Of a stretch of 64,000 nt of DNA, positions 50,854-60,877 are shown one piece after another. The notes below the pieces were generated by a model. The model was not told the DNA's origin, did not search any database, and worked only from the letters and a program-made list of their open reading frames with translations. Source of the DNA: Candidatus Bathyarchaeales archaeon (GTDB lineage Archaea; Thermoproteota; Bathyarchaeia; Bathyarchaeales; Bathycorpusculaceae); contig JBNASL010000001.1 in the NCBI GenBank assembly GCA_049717905.1, positions 7,987 through 71,986 on the forward strand, given 5' to 3'. The translations under genes were made by a program, and so were the position numbers. Position 1 is the first letter of the stretch. Each line of letters begins with the position of its first letter.

Positions 50854-52032
50854 ATGAGCATTGGGCTTTTATGTGATTACCTTGAAATTGATGAGATAGG
50901 CATAAAGGCAACTGCAGAAAAGTTAGGCATAAATTTAACCTACATCCCCTTCCGTAAAATTTCCATAAAAATAGGCGACGACGGATATAAGGTAAGAAGC
51001 AAGGGAAAAGACTATTCCGAGACCATAGGAAATGTCAAGGTTGTTTTAAATCGAATACAGAGCAAAAACCGCAGACTAATGGCCGCAAGCTTCCTAGAGG
51101 CGCTGGATAAGCCCGCAATAAACCCTCTACCCGTCGAGTTCCTATGCTTCAGCAAGCTGCGAACCCTCCTATATTTACATAAAAACGGGGTTAAAATCCC
51201 AAAAACCGTGTTTATTCCATGCGATCCCCACGAAAAAACAAAAGACGGAACTGAAGTCCGCAGTGAGGAAGAAATCGCGGGATTGATACAACAGGAACTT
51301 GGCGAGAGCATGATCGTGGTTAAACCTGACGCTGGAACCCATGGAAGAGGAGTTGAACTTGCTGAAAATCGAGAAGAACTTTTAAAGATTATTGGAAAAA
51401 ATGAATCTTCAATAATTAATCCTGTAGGTGTTTTTGTCCAAGAATTCGTCAAAAAATGGTTCTACGACCTAAGAATAATAGTTGCAAAGGAGAAGGGGAA
51501 AACCCCCTACTGTCATCCTAAAGCCATGGCTAGAGCAAGTTTCAAAGACTTCAGAACAAACACTTCCCTAGGCAATTTTGTCTTCGACGTAGACCTGCCA
51601 CCCTACATCAGGGATACGGCTTCAAAATGCGGTAAAATCATCGGTAAAAATTGTGAGGCTTGGCTTATAGCGCTTGATGCAATGGTCTCTATTGGTGAAA
51701 ATAAAGTTGTTGACGATGAGTATGTGAAGGCGGAACTTGAGAAACTTGCCGCACCCTTTGAAACTGTTAAAAAGGCTAGGAATGACCCGGCAAAAAAGAG
51801 GGGCTTCTCAAGCTGGAACAGGATGTTAGAAGAGTCCTTTCAAAATTATAAGTGCTCAGAGGCTTACGAGAATGTGAGAAAAGTGATTAACGAAAGTGTG
51901 GAGAAAAATAAATACAATGTTTTATTTCATGAAGCCAACTCATGTCCAGAGTTTTGGGAGCAAACAAGACTTGCAACCGGAGCCAATTTGGCCGAGTATC
52001 TGTTAAAATGTGCAAAAAGCATGATTACTTAG
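50854..52032 (+). CDS. lysX: RimK/LysX-type ATP-grasp ligase (LysW-aminoadipate/glutamate ligase), unusually long
   Basis: 392 aa. The ATP-grasp core is present (VVKPDAGTHGRG, VQEFV, DLRIIV, LIALDAM ... LFHEANSCPEF). The position after lysW supports the call. It carries a roughly 70-aa insertion (see findings). Confidence 0.7.
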   Translation: MSIGLLCDYLEIDEIGIKATAEKLGINLTYIPFRKISIKIGDDGYKVRSKGKDYSETIGNVKVVLNRIQSKNRRLMAASFLEALDKPAINPLPVEFLCFSKLRTLLYLHKNGVKIPKTVFIPCDPHEKTKDGTEVRSEEEIAGLIQQELGESMIVVKPDAGTHGRGVELAENREELLKIIGKNESSIINPVGVFVQEFVKKWFYDLRIIVAKEKGKTPYCHPKAMARASFKDFRTNTSLGNFVFDVDLPPYIRDTASKCGKIIGKNCEAWLIALDAMVSIGENKVVDDEYVKAELEKLAAPFETVKKARNDPAKKRGFSSWNRMLEESFQNYKCSEAYENVRKVINESVEKNKYNVLFHEANSCPEFWEQTRLATGANLAEYLLKCAKSMIT

Positions 52033-52048
52033 GAGGGGTAATGGAAAA

Positions 52049-53101
52049 GTGAGGGTTGGAATTGTCGGCGGTTCCGGATACGTGGGTGGAGAACTTCTGC
52101 GACTGCTGCTCTTCCATCCAAAAGTAGAGGTTACAGTAGCCACTTCTGACAAGTATGCTAACGAATACGTTTTCACGGTTCACCCAAACCTACGCGGGTT
52201 AACCCAACTAAAATTTGCCCCACTAGATCTGTCCATAATCAAAAACAACTGTGATCTAGTTTTTACGGCAGTTCCTCACGGCAGTGCCTTGAATCTTGTT
52301 CCGAAAATCCTTGAATCAGGCCTAAAAGTTATTGACATGAGCGCAGACTTTCGATTGAAAAACCCAGACGATTATATTAAGTGGTATGAGTGGAAACACA
52401 CTCAAACTGAGTTGTTAAAGGAAGCCGTGTATGGTCTGCCGGAGTTGCACCGCCAAGAAATAAAAGACGCTAAGTTAGTTGCATGTGCTGGGTGTATGGC
52501 AACTGCCACTATTCTTGGATTAGCCCCTGTAGTTAAGGCGGGCATTATAGAAAAGGACAAGATTGTGGTTGACGTTAAAATAGGGTCTTCAGGTGCTGGA
52601 GCTAAGCCATCACTAGCGTCGCATCATCCAGAAAGATTCGGAGGGGTTCGCGCCTATAATGTTGTTGATCATAGGCACATAGCTGAAGTTGAGCAAGAGC
52701 TTAATCTCCTGTCAAGTGAACCGTTGACGATTTCGCTTACTCCCCATGCGGTTAACATGGTTCGCGGCATTCTCTCAACCATTCACGTGTTTTACTCGAA
52801 AAACCTGGCTTTAAATGAGGTTTGGCGCATTTTCCGTTCGCAATATGAAAAAGAACCGTTCATACGTCTTGTGAAATATAAGAAGGGTTTGTATAAGTTG
52901 CCAGATCCAAAAGTTGTTGTGGGAACGAATTTCTGCGATATTGGCTTTGAGATAGATTCTCGGGCTAACCGTCTAGTCATACTTTCAGCTATTGATAACA
53001 TGGTGAAAGGTGCGGCGGGCCAAGGAGTCCAATGCCTGAATATAATGCTTGGCGTCGACGAAAAAACTGGGTTAGAAAATGCGGGTTTCCATCCGATGTG
53101 A
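52049..53101 (+). CDS. lysY: [LysW]-aminoadipyl/glutamyl-phosphate reductase (ArgC/LysY)
   Basis: 350 aa. Contains VGGSGYVGGELLRLL and the active-site GCMATA context. GTG start preceded by AGGAGGGG. Confidence 0.9.
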   Translation: MRVGIVGGSGYVGGELLRLLLFHPKVEVTVATSDKYANEYVFTVHPNLRGLTQLKFAPLDLSIIKNNCDLVFTAVPHGSALNLVPKILESGLKVIDMSADFRLKNPDDYIKWYEWKHTQTELLKEAVYGLPELHRQEIKDAKLVACAGCMATATILGLAPVVKAGIIEKDKIVVDVKIGSSGAGAKPSLASHHPERFGGVRAYNVVDHRHIAEVEQELNLLSSEPLTISLTPHAVNMVRGILSTIHVFYSKNLALNEVWRIFRSQYEKEPFIRLVKYKKGLYKLPDPKVVVGTNFCDIGFEIDSRANRLVILSAIDNMVKGAAGQGVQCLNIMLGVDEKTGLENAGFHPM

Positions 53102-53106
53102 TTGCG

Positions 53107-53916
53107 ATGTTAATTGTGGTTAAAGTTGGGGGAAGCATAGCAAAAGAAATTGCCTCTTCCGAGCTTGTTCAAGATATAAAAAACCTTCTGTCAGAGAATA
53201 AAGTGGTTGTTGTGCACGGTGGAGGCGATGAAGTTACAGAGATAGCGTCTAAACTCGGCAAGGAACAGAAATTTGTAGTTTCACCTGAAGGCTTTCGAAG
53301 TAGATACACCGACAAAGAAACTGCTGAAATATACACTATGGTGATTGCTGGAAAAATCAATAAGCAAATAGTCTCAATTTTTCAAAGCGGCGGAATACCC
53401 GCCATAGGACTTTCAGGTTTGGATGGTTCCCTTATACGGGCGAACCGCAAAAAGAAGATAATAATAGTTGACGATGCGAGAAGGAAAAGGGTAATAGATG
53501 GCGGGTATACTGGAAAAATAAGCGAAGTAAACGCCCGCCCAATACGTCTTCTCATAGAAAATGGGTATGTCCCAGTGATAGCTCCCGTTGCCCTAGGCGA
53601 AGAATACGAACCTCTTAATGTGGATGCAGATAGGGCGGCAGCCCATGTTGCAGGAAACCTCAAGGCAGATAAGATTGTGCTGTTAACTGATGTAGAAGGC
53701 TTACTGCTGGATAACCAAAAAGTGCCAAAATTAACCCTTTCAGAGGTGGAAAAAATCCTTCCAAAAATCGGCCCGGGAATGATTACTAAGGTTTACGCGG
53801 CCATGGAAGCTGTTAACATGGGAGTCTCTGAAGCCCTAATAGCTTATGGCTTTGGGAAGTTTCCAGTTTCCTCAGCGCTAAAGCATGAATGTGGGACGGT
53901 AATAACGCGTGAATGA
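53107..53916 (+). CDS. lysZ: [LysW]-aminoadipate/glutamate kinase (ArgB/LysZ)
   Basis: MLIVVKVGGS..., VVVHGGG and LLTDVEGL are present. The start was moved to the ATG at 53107, just after the lysY stop. Confidence 0.9.
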   Translation: MLIVVKVGGSIAKEIASSELVQDIKNLLSENKVVVVHGGGDEVTEIASKLGKEQKFVVSPEGFRSRYTDKETAEIYTMVIAGKINKQIVSIFQSGGIPAIGLSGLDGSLIRANRKKKIIIVDDARRKRVIDGGYTGKISEVNARPIRLLIENGYVPVIAPVALGEEYEPLNVDADRAAAHVAGNLKADKIVLLTDVEGLLLDNQKVPKLTLSEVEKILPKIGPGMITKVYAAMEAVNMGVSEALIAYGFGKFPVSSALKHECGTVITRE

Positions 53917-55129
53917 AGGAGAAATCATAGAAACCGAAGATAAGTTCATGGCTAATGTGTACGCTAAAAGGCCTGTGGCCATTGTTAAAGGAAAAGGCGC
54001 ATTGGTGTGGGATGTAAACGGTAAGGAATACATAGACTGTGCTGGAAGCTATGGAACATGCATTGTAGGTCACTGCCACCCTAAAGTTGTGGAAGCAATA
54101 AAAAAACAAGCAGAAACGCTGATTTCGTGTCACGGATCCCTTTACAATGACGTGCGGGCAGAACTTTTACAAAAAATTGTGCAAATCGCTCCTCAAGGCT
54201 TGAATAAGATTTTTCTCTCGAACAGTGGGGCTGAAACAGTTGAATGCGCCATAAAACTAGCTCGAAAATTTACAGGTAAGCCTGAAATAATCGCAATGAT
54301 GGGTGCCTTTCATGGAAAAACCATGGGTGCGCTTTCTGCTACATGGGATAGAAAATACCGCGACCCCTTTAAGCCTCTTGTCCCAGAGTTTAAACATGTT
54401 CCAGCAGACAACTTGGAAAAGGTTGAAGAAGCCATTACAGAGAAAACAGCGGCAGTTCTTGTGGAGCCCATTCGAGGCGAAGGAGGAGTTAGAGTTCCCC
54501 CAGAAGGTTTTCTTAAGGGTTTGAGAGACGTTTGCGATGAAAAGAAAGTCTTGTTGATTTTCGACGAAGTTCAAACGGGATTCGGCCGCACTGGAAAAGT
54601 TTTTGCATGTGAACATTGGAAAGTAATTCCAGATATTTTGTGCATGGCAAAGTCTGTGGCTGGCGGCTTGCCGATAGGTGTAACCATAGCAAAAGAGGAG
54701 GTCATGGCTTCTTTAAAAGTTGGGGAGCATACAAGCACTTTTAGCGGAAACCCCCTTGTATGCGCAGCAGCATGTGCCGCAATAGAAGTGCTAATGAAAG
54801 AAAGACTTCCTGAAAGGGCTGCGACTTTGGGCGAGTATTTCAAGGGGCGGCTTGAAAACCTAAAAGCACATCACAAAATAATCCGAGAAGTCCGCGGCTT
54901 AGGCCTCATGCTTGGAGTTGAGCTACGGTTCGACGTTTTGAATGTGCTTATGGAATCCATGGAAAACGGGGTTATCATTCTTGACGCTGGAAAAAACGTT
55001 CTAAGGTTCTTGCCACCTCTGGTTATTGAAAAGGTGCAAATAGACAAAGTAATTTCCATTCTAGATATGGTTTTAGAGGAAGAGGAGCATGAAAGACTAC
55101 GCAGTTCAACTCTTGACCAAAATGCTTGA
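53909..55129 (+). CDS. lysJ: Acetylornithine/[LysW]-lysine aminotransferase (ArgD/LysJ)
   Basis: 406 aa. Class-III aminotransferase motifs are present: SNSGAETVE, FHGKT, IFDEVQTGFGRTG, STFSGNP. Confidence 0.9.
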   Translation: MNEGEIIETEDKFMANVYAKRPVAIVKGKGALVWDVNGKEYIDCAGSYGTCIVGHCHPKVVEAIKKQAETLISCHGSLYNDVRAELLQKIVQIAPQGLNKIFLSNSGAETVECAIKLARKFTGKPEIIAMMGAFHGKTMGALSATWDRKYRDPFKPLVPEFKHVPADNLEKVEEAITEKTAAVLVEPIRGEGGVRVPPEGFLKGLRDVCDEKKVLLIFDEVQTGFGRTGKVFACEHWKVIPDILCMAKSVAGGLPIGVTIAKEEVMASLKVGEHTSTFSGNPLVCAAACAAIEVLMKERLPERAATLGEYFKGRLENLKAHHKIIREVRGLGLMLGVELRFDVLNVLMESMENGVIILDAGKNVLRFLPPLVIEKVQIDKVISILDMVLEEEEHERLRSSTLDQNA

Positions 55130-56198
55130 GATTTACAGCCCTTCAGGAAAGGAAGAAAAGATTTCACGGTTTCTAGCCGAAGAAATGGCGAAAAACGGTT
55201 TCCACACGAAAAGGGACTGCGTTGGAAATGTTATAGGAGAAATTGGCAAAGACAAACCAGTCATCTTATTATGTGGGCATATGGACACAGTCGCTGGATA
55301 TATTCCGGTGCAAAACAGAGGTAACAAGCTATACGGTAGAGGCGCTGTTGATGCGAAAGCCTCTTTGGCGGCAATGATTGCTGCAGCATCAGCCTTTGTC
55401 GCCGGGGGAAATTCGGCTAAAATCATAGTTGCAGGCGTGGTTGACGAAGAAGGAAAAAGCAGAGGCATCAAAAACCTTTTGAAAGAAGGTTTAACAGCTG
55501 ATTACGCCATATTTGGAGAACCTAGCGGCGTTGAAAAAATAACCATAGGATACAAGGGAGATTTACGCTTTAAAATAGCGTGTAAGACTAGCACCGGTCA
55601 TTCAGCGGCTAACATGCTTTATGAAAACGCTGTTGAAAAAGCATTTGAACTATGGAAGGAAATCCAGAAAATTCACCTCCCTTCGGAAAAACTTGAAAGC
55701 CCTTTTTACTCCATTACTTCATCTATAACTAAAATTGAAGGTGGTGAAGGGGATTCCACTATACCTTCCAAATGCCAAATCCACATTGACATGCGAATTC
55801 CCCCACAGTTAACCACCGCTCAGGTTTTTGAAGAAGTCTGCAAGCTTATTGGACAGTATCAAAAGGCTAATCCAAAAATCTCAATAAAAACCCAAATTGA
55901 GGATTCTGTTGAACCCTTCGAAGCAGACTCGAACTCGCCACTTGTTCAAGTGCTCTCACGATCCATTAGAGAGGTTAGGCATAAAGCTGCAATGCTTATG
56001 AGAAAGACTGGAACGGGAGACATGAACATTTTCGGCAGAGCCGCGAATATTCCCGTAGTTACTTATGGTCCAGGGGATCCAACTCTGAGTCACACAGAAA
56101 ACGAATACATTGAAATTCAAGAGTTCCTCGATGGGATTGAGGTTTACAAAAGAGCTGTAGCTAGGCTGATTGGGAGCATGGATAAAGGGCATGAATAA
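55089..56198 (+). CDS. lysK: [LysW]-lysine/ornithine hydrolase (ArgE/LysK, M20 peptidase)
   Basis: 369 aa. Contains LLCGHMDTV, RGAVDAKASL and DEEG motifs. Confidence 0.85.
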   Translation: MKDYAVQLLTKMLEIYSPSGKEEKISRFLAEEMAKNGFHTKRDCVGNVIGEIGKDKPVILLCGHMDTVAGYIPVQNRGNKLYGRGAVDAKASLAAMIAAASAFVAGGNSAKIIVAGVVDEEGKSRGIKNLLKEGLTADYAIFGEPSGVEKITIGYKGDLRFKIACKTSTGHSAANMLYENAVEKAFELWKEIQKIHLPSEKLESPFYSITSSITKIEGGEGDSTIPSKCQIHIDMRIPPQLTTAQVFEEVCKLIGQYQKANPKISIKTQIEDSVEPFEADSNSPLVQVLSRSIREVRHKAAMLMRKTGTGDMNIFGRAANIPVVTYGPGDPTLSHTENEYIEIQEFLDGIEVYKRAVARLIGSMDKGHE

Positions 56199-56221
56199 AT
56201 TAGGGTGCTGGTTTTCTCGTG

Positions 56222-56839
56222 TTACCTTGTTACATTAGAGAGAATTTCGTAAGTTTTAATGCTGTCCTTTTTCTCCACAACGATTATTGTGTCTGTCCAG
56301 CAGGAGATGAACTCTATGATGTTGATATTCTGCTCTGCTAAGAGTGATGTTAGAAATGCGACGACTCCCGGTGTGGCTTCAAGTTCTGCTGGAGAGTGTA
56401 TGACAATCATGACGCAGTCTTCATGTTTCTGGAGAACGCCATTTATTTTGTCCAAGTTATTTTTATCTGTTAGATAAACAAATTTGCCTCCCAAGTTCAC
56501 TTTTATTTTGTCTTCTGTTTCCAAAGGCTTGCTTGTAACCACCACAGAGTTTCCGTCATGAAGCGTTATAGTGCTCTCTCTTAAAATTTTGAGAACTTTT
56601 TCCTCTCTCTTATGCTTATGTTTCTGCAATTCCTCAGAGAATCTTCTTAAAGCTGCTTTTATTGCAACTATGTTTTTGATTTTCAATTCATTTTGGATTT
56701 GCCGGGATAATTCGCTGAGGTTTACGATGCCCTTTTCCAAGGCTTCTAGCACATAGGGCCTGTTTTTCAGGTAGTTCCTCACTTCTTGGGCTATTGTCAC
56801 GAACGCTACACCGTGGAAGCATTGTATCAATTTGAACAT
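56222..56839 (-). CDS. Hypothetical protein with a C-terminal ACT-like domain and an N-terminal HTH-like segment
   Basis: 205 aa. VVAFLTSLLAEQNINIIEFISCWTDTIIVVEKKD is ACT-like. The N-terminus YVLEALEKGIVNLSELSRQIQ is HTH-like. It is the only minus-strand gene inside the Lys/Arg cluster. Confidence 0.45.
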   Translation of the reverse strand: MFKLIQCFHGVAFVTIAQEVRNYLKNRPYVLEALEKGIVNLSELSRQIQNELKIKNIVAIKAALRRFSEELQKHKHKREEKVLKILRESTITLHDGNSVVVTSKPLETEDKIKVNLGGKFVYLTDKNNLDKINGVLQKHEDCVMIVIHSPAELEATPGVVAFLTSLLAEQNINIIEFISCWTDTIIVVEKKDSIKTYEILSNVTR

Positions 56840-56939
56840 TTAAAGCTTGTTCTGTAACAAATAAGTCACAAAGCTTAAAAAGGAGATGAAAAATTCGTGT
56901 CTAAAACAAAGCTAGGAGGAATAGAAAATAACTGAAAAT

Positions 56940-58220
56940 GTGGTGTTGGCGTACTCTGGCGGATTGGATACTTCAGTAATGGTGAAGTGGATCCAAGAAA
57001 AATACAATGCAAATGTGATAACAGTTACTATAGATGTGGGGCAACTTGATGACCTAAATGAGATAGAAGAGAAGGCAAAGACCGTTGGAGCCCTAAAACA
57101 TTACTCAATAGACGCAAAAAACGAGTTCGTAACTAAATATGTTTTTCCGGCAATAAAGGCAAACGCCCTTTACGAAGGAAAATATCCACTAAGCAGCGCC
57201 TTGTCCCGTCCATTAATCGTTTCAAAACTTGTGGAAATCGCAAAAAAAGAAGGAGCAAGCGCAGTGGCTCACGGATGTACTGGCAGAGGAAACGATCAAG
57301 TTCGCTTCGACGTAACTATAAAGTCTCTGGCTCCTGGCCTAAAAATTATTGCTCCGGTCCGAGAGTGGGGTCTAACACGAGATGAAGAAATAAAGTTTGC
57401 AGAGGCAAAAGGCATACCCATAACTTGTTCCGCAAAACCCACATATAGTATAGACCAAAATTTATGGGGGAGGGCAATTGAATGTGGACCCTTAGACGAC
57501 CCAAATGATGAGCCGCCGGAGGAAATTTTTGAATGGACCGCCTCACCTGAAAAAGCTCCCGATAAGCCTGAATATGTAAGCATAAAATTTGAAGAAGGTG
57601 TTCCATGCTCATTAAACGGAGAAGAACCAGATCCTGTAATGTTAATTGAAGAATTGAACAAAATTGCTGGAAAACACGGTGTCGGCCGCATAGACCACAT
57701 TGAAGATAGGCTTGTAGGAATCAAATCCCGCGAAGTTTACGAGTGCCCAGCCGCAACAGTTCTTTTAGAGGCGCATAAAGATTTAGAAAAAATGGTTTTG
57801 ACGCGGCATGAGGTTTTGTTCAAACAGCAGATAGACGCTCAATGGACGTTTCTGGCTTATACAGGATTGTGGATGGAGCCCCTTAAAGAGGATCTTGAAG
57901 CCTTTATTAACAAAACTCAGGAACGTGTGAACGGAGAGGTTCATGTCAAACTATACAAGGGGGGGCTGCGTGTTGTCCGTCGTTGTTCAAAACTTTCCCT
58001 CTACAATCAAAACTTGGCAAATTACAACATTAAAACATCCTTTAACCAGTCTTATGCCGAGGGCTTTATTGAACTATGGGGGCTGCCCACAACGGTATTC
58101 AATGCCTTAAAAAATAAGATAGTGTTTGCAGAAGAACCTAAAATCTCCAAAGAATATCTGGGTCCAAAACCTCTGCCTTCTGTAAAAGGTAAAACTGTTC
58201 AAGGCGGCCAAGATGTCTAA
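56940..58220 (+). CDS. argG: Argininosuccinate synthase
   Basis: 426 aa. Contains VLAYSGGLDTS and AHGCTGRGNDQVRF. GTG start. Confidence 0.95.
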   Translation: MVLAYSGGLDTSVMVKWIQEKYNANVITVTIDVGQLDDLNEIEEKAKTVGALKHYSIDAKNEFVTKYVFPAIKANALYEGKYPLSSALSRPLIVSKLVEIAKKEGASAVAHGCTGRGNDQVRFDVTIKSLAPGLKIIAPVREWGLTRDEEIKFAEAKGIPITCSAKPTYSIDQNLWGRAIECGPLDDPNDEPPEEIFEWTASPEKAPDKPEYVSIKFEEGVPCSLNGEEPDPVMLIEELNKIAGKHGVGRIDHIEDRLVGIKSREVYECPAATVLLEAHKDLEKMVLTRHEVLFKQQIDAQWTFLAYTGLWMEPLKEDLEAFINKTQERVNGEVHVKLYKGGLRVVRRCSKLSLYNQNLANYNIKTSFNQSYAEGFIELWGLPTTVFNALKNKIVFAEEPKISKEYLGPKPLPSVKGKTVQGGQDV

Positions 58221-59724
58221 ACTTCTCTGGGGAGGAAGAATACCTTGCGTAAAAGAGGATGTTGTTAAGTTCACTTCTTCCATTCAAAGTGACAAAAAAC
58301 TGTTAAAAGCCGTTATAAAAATTAACCAAGCCCATGTTATAATGCTGATGGAGCAGAAAATAATAGAGTGGCAAGATGGAGTTAAGCTTCTCCAAGCTTT
58401 AAACAAATTAAAACCCAAAATAGCGTTGGATCCTTCCCTCGAAGATGTGCACATGTTTGTTGAAGACAAAGTCATAGAAATCTGTGGTCCAGAAGTTGGC
58501 GGCAACTTGCACATAGCAAAAAGCCGAAACGATCAAGTTGCCACAGCCATCAGAATGGAATTGCGCGAAAATCTGGTCAGCGTAATGAGCAGTATTGTTG
58601 AGCTTCAAGAAGCCCTCATTAAGCTTGCTGAAGGCAACCTAAAAACGCTTTTTCCAGGTTACACGCACATGCAGCCAGCCCAACCGGTGACTCTCGCTCA
58701 TTACCTCCTATCCTATGTTGACTGCTTTGGAAGAGACCTTCAAAGATTGGAAGAGGCTTATGAAAGAGTTAATCTGTGCCCAATGGGTGCGGGGGCACTT
58801 GCAACCTCAAGCTTCCCAATAAACCGCGAACGCGTTGCTGAACTCCTCGGCTTTGCCGGTATTCTTGAAAATTCTATCGACGCTGTAAGCAGCCGAGACT
58901 TTGTCATAGAAACACTGGCTGTTTTAGCCATAACCGCTGTGGACATAAGCCAATTAGTTGAGGACTTAATCTTGTTTGGTTCATCAGACTTCGGTTTAAT
59001 TGAACTTCCAGACGATTTCTGTTCAACCAGCAGTATAATGCCCCAAAAGAAGAATCCTGACGTTTTGGAGGTTATCCGCGCGAGAATGAGCCAAGTTTTA
59101 GGCAATTTTGTAACTTCAACTGCAACGCTTAAGGCTCTTCCATCATGCTACAACTTGGACTTTCAAGAAATCACCCCAAGACTTTGGGAATCCTTGGAAA
59201 TAGTTGAAAGTTCTTTAGGCATACTTTCCAAACTTGTAATAAACTTGAAGCTGCGGAAGGATGCGCTCGCTAAACCCCAGTTTAGCTTCCTTGCAGCAAC
59301 CGAGTTGGCCAACATGCTTGTTAGAAAGTATAAGGTTCCATTTAGAAGTGCCCATAAAATAGTTGGTTCCATGGTTAGAGAATTAGTAAACAAAGGTTTA
59401 ACCTTTAACAGCGTAACCGCTGAATTATTAAATAAGATTGCTAGTTCCTTTGGCTTCACACTTAATGTTAAAGACGAAGATTTACAGGAAGCAGTTGATC
59501 TTCTGAAAATTGTTGAAAGCCACGATGTTATGGGTGGGCCATCACCGAATAAAGTTGACCGCATGTTAAAAACCCGAAAAGAATGGAGTCTTTCCGCAAA
59601 ATCAAGATTGGCAAAGAGAAAACTTGAAGCGGATAAGGCTTACGAGCAAATGCAGTTGATCATAAAATCCTATTTAAGTTCATCTAACAGCGCACCGCAA
59701 GCTTTAAAAAGTTCAAAGTCATAG
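58213..59724 (+). CDS. argH: Argininosuccinate lyase
   Basis: 503 aa. Contains HIAKSRNDQV, GYTHMQPAQP and the fumarate-lyase signature SSIMPQKKNPD. Confidence 0.95.
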   Translation: MSKLLWGGRIPCVKEDVVKFTSSIQSDKKLLKAVIKINQAHVIMLMEQKIIEWQDGVKLLQALNKLKPKIALDPSLEDVHMFVEDKVIEICGPEVGGNLHIAKSRNDQVATAIRMELRENLVSVMSSIVELQEALIKLAEGNLKTLFPGYTHMQPAQPVTLAHYLLSYVDCFGRDLQRLEEAYERVNLCPMGAGALATSSFPINRERVAELLGFAGILENSIDAVSSRDFVIETLAVLAITAVDISQLVEDLILFGSSDFGLIELPDDFCSTSSIMPQKKNPDVLEVIRARMSQVLGNFVTSTATLKALPSCYNLDFQEITPRLWESLEIVESSLGILSKLVINLKLRKDALAKPQFSFLAATELANMLVRKYKVPFRSAHKIVGSMVRELVNKGLTFNSVTAELLNKIASSFGFTLNVKDEDLQEAVDLLKIVESHDVMGGPSPNKVDRMLKTRKEWSLSAKSRLAKRKLEADKAYEQMQLIIKSYLSSSNSAPQALKSSKS

Positions 59725-60876
59725 GTGGAGAGGGCTTTGAAGGTCAACTTGAATCCCGGAAACCGAAGAAAAGCTGTCCTTGTGTTGGAGGATGGGTCTT
59801 TCTTTTTCGGCTATGGCTTTGGGGCTTCTGGGAAAGTTTCTGGAGAAGTCGTGTTTTCAACTTCCATGGTTGGATATCCCGAAGCATTAACCGACCCCTC
59901 TTATAAAGGGCAAATTTTAACGCTGACATATCCACTTGTGGGCAATTACGGTGTTCCACCGAAAATTCTTGAGATGGATGTTCCAAAATACTTTGAGTCA
60001 GACAGCATTAAAGTCTCAGGGTTAGTTATTCATGAACTATGCGAGAAACCATATCATTGGGCTTCAGAAAAAACTTTAGACGAATGGCTCATGGCAGAAA
60101 AAATTCCCGGCATTTACGGGGTTGACACTAGAAGACTTACCAAAAAACTGCGAGTTAAAGGCGTCATGCTTGGAATTTTGCAGGTTTGCGATGATGAAGA
60201 GCCTGATATTGAAAGGCTTCTGGAAGAAGCAAAGAATATTCCAGACCCTAACTCTACAGATCTCGTTAAAGAAGTAACAGTTCACGAACCCATTTATTAC
60301 AAGACTGGAGGAAACCGCAAAATTGTTCTGATCGACTGCGGAGTCAAATACGGTATCCTTCGCAGTCTGTTAAAGCTCGGGGTAAACGTCGTAAGAGTTC
60401 CTTACAATTTCTCATCTAAAGAAATTTTAGAATACCGCCCCGATGGCGTTCTAGTAAGCAACGGTCCTGGCGACCCCAAAAAATGCGCTGAAACAATCGG
60501 GTGCGTCCGAGAGCTTGCTGATGAATCTGTTCCCATGATGGGCATATGCTTAGGAACCCAAATCTTGGCATTAGCCCTAGGCGGAGACACCTACAAGCTC
60601 AAATATGGCCACAGATCTCAAAATCAACCCGTACTTGACCTTAAAAGTAACAGATGCTACATTACAACACAGAACCATGGCTATGCTGTGAACGCGGAAT
60701 CCCTTAAAAACACAGAGTTAGAGGCTTGCTTCATAAACGCAAATGACAAAACCGTTGAAGGCATAAGGCATGCAAAGAAACCAGTATTCGCATTTCAGTG
60801 GCATCCAGAAGCTTCGCCAGGCCCTTATGATACGGAGTTTCTTTTTGAAGAATTTTTGAAAGTTTTGGGGGGGTAA
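59725..60876 (+). CDS. carA: Carbamoyl-phosphate synthase small (glutaminase) subunit
   Basis: 383 aa. Contains GNYGVP and the active-site GICLGTQILA, plus the HRSQNQPV and FQWHPE blocks. GTG start. Confidence 0.95.
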   Translation: MERALKVNLNPGNRRKAVLVLEDGSFFFGYGFGASGKVSGEVVFSTSMVGYPEALTDPSYKGQILTLTYPLVGNYGVPPKILEMDVPKYFESDSIKVSGLVIHELCEKPYHWASEKTLDEWLMAEKIPGIYGVDTRRLTKKLRVKGVMLGILQVCDDEEPDIERLLEEAKNIPDPNSTDLVKEVTVHEPIYYKTGGNRKIVLIDCGVKYGILRSLLKLGVNVVRVPYNFSSKEILEYRPDGVLVSNGPGDPKKCAETIGCVRELADESVPMMGICLGTQILALALGGDTYKLKYGHRSQNQPVLDLKSNRCYITTQNHGYAVNAESLKNTELEACFINANDKTVEGIRHAKKPVFAFQWHPEASPGPYDTEFLFEEFLKVLGG

Positions 60877-60877
60877 A

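Noticed and set aside
53032-53106. N-terminal 25-aa extension of LysZ in the track ORF
   Set aside because: The extension overlaps the lysY 3' end in another frame and is unlike ArgB/LysZ N-termini. The ATG at 53107 gives the canonical MLIVVKVGGS start.
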